DNA from: an uncultured Chloroflexia bacterium
GTDB taxonomy: Bacteria > Chloroflexota > Ktedonobacteria > Ktedonobacterales > JADMIN01
DNA: 32,000 nucleotides
Direction of reading: 5' to 3'
Assembly: GCA_963718915.1 (NCBI GenBank)
Contig: CAVRAI010000004.1
Coordinates: forward strand, 900,001-932,000
Part shown: in pieces, positions 27,674 through 32,000 of the stretch
How the letters are laid out: each line of letters starts with the position of its first letter
Position numbering within the stretch: the stretch's first letter is position 1
Translations under genes and position numbers: made by a program
Notes under the pieces: generated by a model
What the model was told of the DNA's origin: nothing
What the model saw: only the letters and a program-made list of their open reading frames with translations
The model's database searches: none

Positions 27674-29158
27674 ATGAGGGGTGTCGGGTTGAATTCAGGG
27701 CACGCGGATAAATCGCCACGCTCATTGACCACATGCAGGGTGTTCTGTCGTGCTGTATTACTCGCACTGATTGGCGTGACAAGCCTGCTGGCGGCAACAC
27801 CGTCCAGTTTTGCGGCAGGTGCTGCGGCCAGCAGTACGCTGTATGCGCAGAAGCCGTGCACTCCTGTCTATGCCAGCGCTGATACCCACTCGACGCTCCT
27901 GACGCAGCTTCTGCCGGGCACGGAGGTCAAATCACTTGGGCAGGTAACAATTGGCGCCCAGCCATGGGTCCACGTCTCGATTTGGAGCGGCGTCGAAGGT
28001 TATATTCCATCCAATGTCGTCTCGACTAACTTTCCCGCTGGCGTCAGCGACAATGGGTGCGGTTATCCTGGCTTGCCCATCGCCGAGGCGAATGCGCTGA
28101 CCACGCAGCACGGGCCGTTTCCGCTGGCCGGTCACGCGACGGTGACACTTCCGGCAACTGTCTATGCCAGAGTGGACACCCACTCAATGCCACTGACGAA
28201 TCTTACGCCCGGAACAGACCTCGCATTCTCCGCATGGGCAACCGATGCCCGTGGCAACCCATGGTACAATGTCACGATTGCACAGGGAAACGGCTGGATA
28301 TGGGGCGGTGACATCCGTATGGATCAGCCCAATCCAGCGACGGAGCAGGTCAACGGTAAGCCCATCTGGGCGCCGATGGCAGGCAAAGGCATGTATGCCA
28401 CGAACTACCTGGTTCATCACTCGGATGTCAATGCACTGGTGCAGGCAGCAACGAAAGCGGGCATCACCCACATCTACACCGAGGTTGCCATTACCCGCTA
28501 TGGCTTCTACGCGCAAGACTCGCTCAATCGCCTGCTTCCCGCCGCCCACAAGGCTGGTCTGACAGTGATCGCCTGGATATACACGAACCTCGATAATGTC
28601 GGCGATGACGCGCGGATGACCGAGTTGGTCGCCAACTATCGGACGCCAGATGGTGATCGTGCCGATGGCCTGTTGATGGACATCGAGGAAGTGACCGACA
28701 GCGCAAGCGTCTACACGTATGGTCAGCTAGCGCGCGCAATACTTGGCCCCGATGTGCTATTTGTCGCCTCAGTGTTTCATCCCTATGCCCGTCCGGGTTA
28801 TCCTTACGCTGCCATCGCGGCCAGCTTCAACGTCATCGCACCTATGGACTACTGGCATAGTCGCAAAAATCATGCATACAACGATGAGGCGGTACAACGT
28901 TTTGTCAGCGTCTCGATTCAGACGATTCGTGCCGCGATGAGCATCGCCGGTGGCACGCCGTTGCCTGTCGAGGAAACGGGCCAGACGTACGATATGTATA
29001 CCGCGGCGTTTACCGGATGGAAAGACGCCCCAACCGCAGCCGAAATAACCACTGACCTGCGCACGGCACATGAGATCGGCTGCATCGGGGTCGGTTTTTT
29101 CGAGTGGCAAACCACAACGCAGGACGAGTGGCAGTCTATCAGCGCCTACAAGTGGTGA
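27674..29158 (+). CDS. secreted protein with two SH3b-like repeats and a C-terminal TIM-barrel glycoside-hydrolase-like domain
   Basis: ORF 27635..29158. From ATG 27674 there is a signal-peptide-like region (ALIGVTSLLAATPSSFAAG). There are two internally similar segments of about 65 aa (VYASADTHSTLLTQLLPGTEV...WVHV...GYI and VYARVDTHSMPLTNLTPGTDL...WYNV...GWI). The C-terminal region resembles hypothetical glycosyl-hydrolase-like families. The catalytic assignment is unverified. Confidence 0.6.
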   Translation: MRGVGLNSGHADKSPRSLTTCRVFCRAVLLALIGVTSLLAATPSSFAAGAAASSTLYAQKPCTPVYASADTHSTLLTQLLPGTEVKSLGQVTIGAQPWVHVSIWSGVEGYIPSNVVSTNFPAGVSDNGCGYPGLPIAEANALTTQHGPFPLAGHATVTLPATVYARVDTHSMPLTNLTPGTDLAFSAWATDARGNPWYNVTIAQGNGWIWGGDIRMDQPNPATEQVNGKPIWAPMAGKGMYATNYLVHHSDVNALVQAATKAGITHIYTEVAITRYGFYAQDSLNRLLPAAHKAGLTVIAWIYTNLDNVGDDARMTELVANYRTPDGDRADGLLMDIEEVTDSASVYTYGQLARAILGPDVLFVASVFHPYARPGYPYAAIAASFNVIAPMDYWHSRKNHAYNDEAVQRFVSVSIQTIRAAMSIAGGTPLPVEETGQTYDMYTAAFTGWKDAPTAAEITTDLRTAHEIGCIGVGFFEWQTTTQDEWQSISAYKW

Positions 29159-29220
29159 GCAGGGCTCCTGACGCATGGTGCGAAGATACGCGGGCACTTT
29201 GCTTTCTTTGCGCATGACGT

Positions 29221-29249
29221 TTGACTTTTCCTGCGTCAGATGATAAGCT
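29221..29249 (+). promoter_or_regulatory. putative promoter TTGACT-17-TAAGCT for the tRNA gene
   Basis: TTGACT at 29221-29226, a 17-nt spacer, then TAAGCT at 29244-29249. It lies about 40 nt upstream of the tRNA 5' end. Confidence 0.45.
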
Positions 29250-29287
29250 GTCAGTCGTGGGCATTGCTTGCGATGATGTCCCGATAC

Positions 29288-29363
29288 GTGCCCGTAGCTC
29301 AGTGGATAGAGCGCTGGCCTGCGGAGCCAGAGATCGGAGGTTCGAGTCCTCTCGGGCACACCA
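29288..29363 (+). tRNA. tRNA-Arg, anticodon GCG (encoded CCA end)
   Basis: Manual cloverleaf:
- Acceptor stem GUGCCCG/CGGGCAC, then U8 A9.
- D arm GCUC-AGUGGAUA-GAGC, with A20.
- Anticodon stem CUGGC/GCCAG, loop C U G C G G A, anticodon at 29321-29323.
- Variable loop AGAUC.
- T arm GGAGG-UUCGAGU-CCUCU.
- Discriminator A, then CCA. Confidence 0.9.
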
Positions 29364-29378
29364 CAACTCTCTTCATCA

Positions 29379-29405
29379 CCTCGTCTCACATGGGCGAGGT
29401 TTTTT
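29379..29405 (+). terminator. Rho-independent terminator after the tRNA
   Basis: CCUCGUC-UCACAUG-GGCGAGG (7-bp stem, 7-nt loop) followed by UUUUUU at 29400-29405. Confidence 0.7.
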
Positions 29406-29688
29406 CATTCCACCATCCAGCTCCTCTGCCGATTGTCGCCCCTGGTTGCACCGACTTTTCCTTCCATACCCTCTCAAAATCATTGGCCGATGGAGGCTGC
29501 CTCGCCGGGAACCGGAGACTCCGGAGACATTCCAGAATTGCCAGGTGTAACCGTCGAGCGTAATAAGTACAAATAGACATTGACTTATTGTGAATATCCA
29601 ATCGTATCGGCAGAAAAGTGTTTCTCGCGGTGCGTTTGGATGGTCATGTCGACAATTCACGCCGAACGGGCAAGAAAGGGCAACTGTC

Positions 29689-30312
29689 ATGGCAATGAGT
29701 GAGGCGCAGTGCGCACTGCGAACGGCTCTCCGCAAACTCTGGGCAGACCATGCAATCTGGACGCGACAATACATCGTCGCCTTCGCCAGCGACGGATCAG
29801 ACACGAGTACCGCCGCGACCCGCCTGCTCAAGAATCAGGAACACATTGGCAACGCGATTGTTCCCTTTTATGGTGATGTGGCTGGGGCACGACTCACCGA
29901 CTTGTTGAAGCAACACATCCTCATCGCGGTTGATCTGCTAGCGGCTGCCAAGTCGGGCGATGACGCGGAGTTCCAGCGGCAAGATCAGCGATGGTCGCAG
30001 AATGCCGAGGAGATCGCTACCTTCCTGAGTGGCGCGAATCCGAATTGGCCCAAGAGTGATGTGGTTGACCTGCTTGGTGTACACCTCAAGCTGACAAAAG
30101 ACGAAGCAGTAGCACGCCTGACTGGAAATTGGGACGACGATGTGGTGGCCTTCGACGACATCTTCACCGAAATTATGACGGTATCGGATACGCTGGCTGA
30201 CGGGATCGTGAAGCAGTTCCCCGAGCGCTTCGTCACCGTCGCAATACCTGCAACCGCAACAGCGGCGCCGGAGCGTCGGGGACTTGCCCGCATGTTTGGT
30301 CGGGGACGGTGA
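29689..30312 (+). CDS. hypothetical helical protein
   Basis: ORF 29590..30312. The likely start is ATG 29689, preceded by GAAAGGG. The translation MAMSEAQCALRTALRKLWADHAIWTRQYIVAF...LKQHILIAVDLL...LGVHLKLTKDEAV suggests a helical-bundle protein with repeated His. Family not recognised with confidence. Confidence 0.55.
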   Translation: MAMSEAQCALRTALRKLWADHAIWTRQYIVAFASDGSDTSTAATRLLKNQEHIGNAIVPFYGDVAGARLTDLLKQHILIAVDLLAAAKSGDDAEFQRQDQRWSQNAEEIATFLSGANPNWPKSDVVDLLGVHLKLTKDEAVARLTGNWDDDVVAFDDIFTEIMTVSDTLADGIVKQFPERFVTVAIPATATAAPERRGLARMFGRGR

Positions 30313-30317
30313 TCGCA

Positions 30318-30842
30318 ATGCTCGCTATCGGTCAACGTGCGAGCGCCTTTCGGGACTTGCCAGGGGTTGATGGCGAGCGTTATTCGCTCGCCAGTTTCTT
30401 GCGCTGGCGGGTGCTTATCGTTGCGTTCATCTGCACAGGATGTCCCACCGTCAAAGCTAATGAGGAGCGTCTTATCGCGCTCCAGGAGAAATACCACCAA
30501 GCGGGAGTGCGGTTGGTCGCTGTCAACTCGAACAATCCGTATCTGTCTCCGCCTGATACGTTCGAGGAGATGTCGTATCGGGCACGCGAGAAAGGCTTCA
30601 ACTTTCCCTATCTCAAAGATGCTGATGGCACCGTTGCCGAGCAGTTCGGCGCCATCAGCACGCCACATGTTTTCGTGCTTGACGCATCACGCCGCCTGGT
30701 CTACAAAGGGCGAATCGACGATACGCGCGATCCATCGCGGGCAACCCGCAGCGATCTGGAGAACGCCCTGCACGATATGTTCGCTGGATTACCTATAACC
30801 GTCCCGGAAACCCAGCCCTTCGGCTGCGCTATTGTGCATTAG
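30318..30842 (+). CDS. thioredoxin-fold protein (AhpC/TSA-TlpA-like redoxin) with a CTGC motif
   Basis: The translation has VLIVAFICTGCPTVKANEERLIALQEKY...VRLVAVNSN...FPYLKDADGTVAEQFGAISTPHVFVLD, a typical redoxin-domain layout. The start is 6 nt after the upstream stop. Confidence 0.8.
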   Translation: MLAIGQRASAFRDLPGVDGERYSLASFLRWRVLIVAFICTGCPTVKANEERLIALQEKYHQAGVRLVAVNSNNPYLSPPDTFEEMSYRAREKGFNFPYLKDADGTVAEQFGAISTPHVFVLDASRRLVYKGRIDDTRDPSRATRSDLENALHDMFAGLPITVPETQPFGCAIVH

Positions 30843-30966
30843 CGAGGAAAGCTGGACACCCGAAGCTACGCATTTGTGTCGTCATCCCTGGCGTGCCAGG
30901 GAGCGCATGCTCCCGGTGCGCCGCCTGCTGCTGGTCTCGTGGCTTTGAGTCAACGAGGGAACTCGA

Positions 30967-31764
30967 ATGTCAACTGATCTCCATGCGCCACCCCCGCAAC
31001 ACATACGTATGCGTCTCGGCTGGCCGTGGCTGCTCGTCGGAGCCGCCTGGACTACCGCGATCATCGCCACGCTGTCGGGGTGGCGCATTCTCATCGACCA
31101 TCACTATTTGCTGGAGGAAAGCGGGCTGCCCTGGGCGATAGCCGCCGTGGTGTTTCTTGCCAGTTGGCAGGTGATGCTTGTAGCTATGATGGCGCCATCA
31201 GGCGTGCTTATTATGCCTGGAATCCCTGCCGACTGGAGCAAGCGTACCCATCCAAACCGGACGCTTGCACTCTTCTTTGCAGGATATGCCAGCGCGTGGA
31301 CAGTCTTTGGCCTGCTGGCATTCACTGATGACACGCTGATACACCGCCTGGTGGATGTGTGGCCCTGGCTTGCGATGCATAGTTTTGTGATCGGCGCGGT
31401 GACATTCGCGGTAGCGGGTGTATACCAATTCACTCCCTGGAAAGCCGCTTGCCTTGCGCGTTGCCAGGCGCTCCATGATTCATTCAAGGATAACGTGGGG
31501 ATGCGCCTTGCTTTCCGGCAGGGTATGCGCCATGGAGTGACATCGGTCGGCTGTTGCTGGGCGCTGATGCTGGTGATGTTTGGCATCGGCGTGGGGGATC
31601 TTGGCTGGATGGTGGCGCTTACAGTCATTATGGCCAGCGAGTCTTCGACAGCCGACAAACGGCGCAGCCGATATGTCCGACAGGTCATAGGCATTGCGTT
31701 GCTCCTGCTGGCTGCACTCTGGCTGGCGCATCCTGCCTGGTTCGTCCCGGCTGCGGCATCCTAG
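30967..31764 (+). CDS. DUF2182-family predicted metal-binding integral membrane protein
   Basis: The translation has WQVMLVAMMAPS...YQFTPWKAACLARCQ...GVTSVGCCWALMLVMFGIG..MASE, matching the motif pattern I recall for DUF2182. GAGGGA lies 7 nt upstream of the ATG. Confidence 0.7.
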   Translation: MSTDLHAPPPQHIRMRLGWPWLLVGAAWTTAIIATLSGWRILIDHHYLLEESGLPWAIAAVVFLASWQVMLVAMMAPSGVLIMPGIPADWSKRTHPNRTLALFFAGYASAWTVFGLLAFTDDTLIHRLVDVWPWLAMHSFVIGAVTFAVAGVYQFTPWKAACLARCQALHDSFKDNVGMRLAFRQGMRHGVTSVGCCWALMLVMFGIGVGDLGWMVALTVIMASESSTADKRRSRYVRQVIGIALLLLAALWLAHPAWFVPAAAS

Positions 31765-31790
31765 ACTAGATGCGCTGATTGATGTTGCGA

Positions 31791-32000
31791 TCAGCCTGCT
31801 GCCGCCAGATCGGCAACCCTGGCGCCAGTGATGCGCTGTAGTTCATCGGGTGCGATGGGAAAGACGGCGTTGGGTGTTCCAGCCGCTGCCCAGACAAGCT
31901 CATATTGGAGCAAGTCGCGGTCGAGGTAGGTTGGCAGTTGAGTCGCGTGGCCTACTGGAGGCACTCCACCGATAGAGAATCCAGTTGCCTCGCGGACGAT
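31791..32000 (-). CDS. YbaK/EbsC-like aminoacyl-tRNA editing domain protein, C-terminal fragment
   Basis: Own translation of the minus strand from the window edge: IVREATGFSIGGVPPVGHATQLPTYLDRDLLQYELVWAAAGTPNAVFPIAPDELQRITGARVADLAAAG, then a stop (TGA at 31793-31791). The GGVPPxGH and WAAAGTPNAVF blocks are typical of YbaK-type deacylases. It is absent from the ORF track because it is truncated by the window. Confidence 0.6.
   Translation of the reverse strand: MVREATGFSIGGVPPVGHATQLPTYLDRDLLQYELVWAAAGTPNAVFPIAPDELQRITGARVADLAAAG

Noticed and set aside
28769-29389. The 206-aa minus-strand ORF spanning the end of the SH3b protein gene and the tRNA, plus small ORFs at 29139..29366 (-), 29221..29550 (+) and 29240..29563 (+).
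   Set aside because: They overlap a well-folded tRNA gene with its promoter and terminator, and they are antisense to a better-supported CDS.
29288-31800. The tRNA-Arg as an integration site for a genomic island covering the downstream cluster.
   Set aside because: No integrase or recombinase gene is present. I could find no direct repeat of the tRNA 3' half downstream, and there is no clear compositional break.

Overview
High-GC bacterial chromosome segment. It is dominated by housekeeping genes, and I do not see a defence island, mobile element, CRISPR array or an obviously new multi-gene system.

Supported content, in order:
- moaC.
- A type-A RNase P RNA (rnpB, minus strand) whose 3' end overlaps the moaC stop.
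- An IDH3-like isocitrate dehydrogenase, an O-methyltransferase, a membrane protein, an MBL-fold hydrolase and a small tail-anchored protein.
- ruvB, a class II aldolase and the primary sigma factor.
- A stand-alone 23S rRNA gene (minus strand, about 3.22 kb).
- A GT2 glycosyltransferase.
- An sdhCDAB operon (minus strand).
- pxpBC (fused) and pxpA, a 5-oxoprolinase-type operon.
- Two unassignable proteins flanking a GlsB/YeaQ protein.
- smc and a secreted SH3b plus hydrolase-like protein.
- tRNA-Arg(GCG) with its own promoter and terminator.
- A hypothetical / thioredoxin-like / DUF2182 cluster.
- A partial YbaK-like gene at the right edge.

The most noteworthy structures are RNA-level or repeat-level rather than a new protein system:
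1. The 23S gene has no 16S upstream and no recognisable 5S downstream. It has its own near-consensus promoter and is bracketed by a roughly 100-nt leader/trailer inverted repeat.
2. The 23S is about 300 nt longer than the E. coli gene, through several small expansion hairpins in domains I and II.
3. A perfect 11-bp x 6 tandem repeat fills the sdhA-sdhB intergenic spacer.
4. The arginine tRNA has a genomically encoded G34 (anticodon GCG).
5. Short tandem repeats sit in two putative promoter regions.

Many long ORFs in the supplied track lie inside the rRNA or antisense to real genes. These are rejected as high-GC artefacts. All family assignments come from reading the translations by eye; no database search was run.
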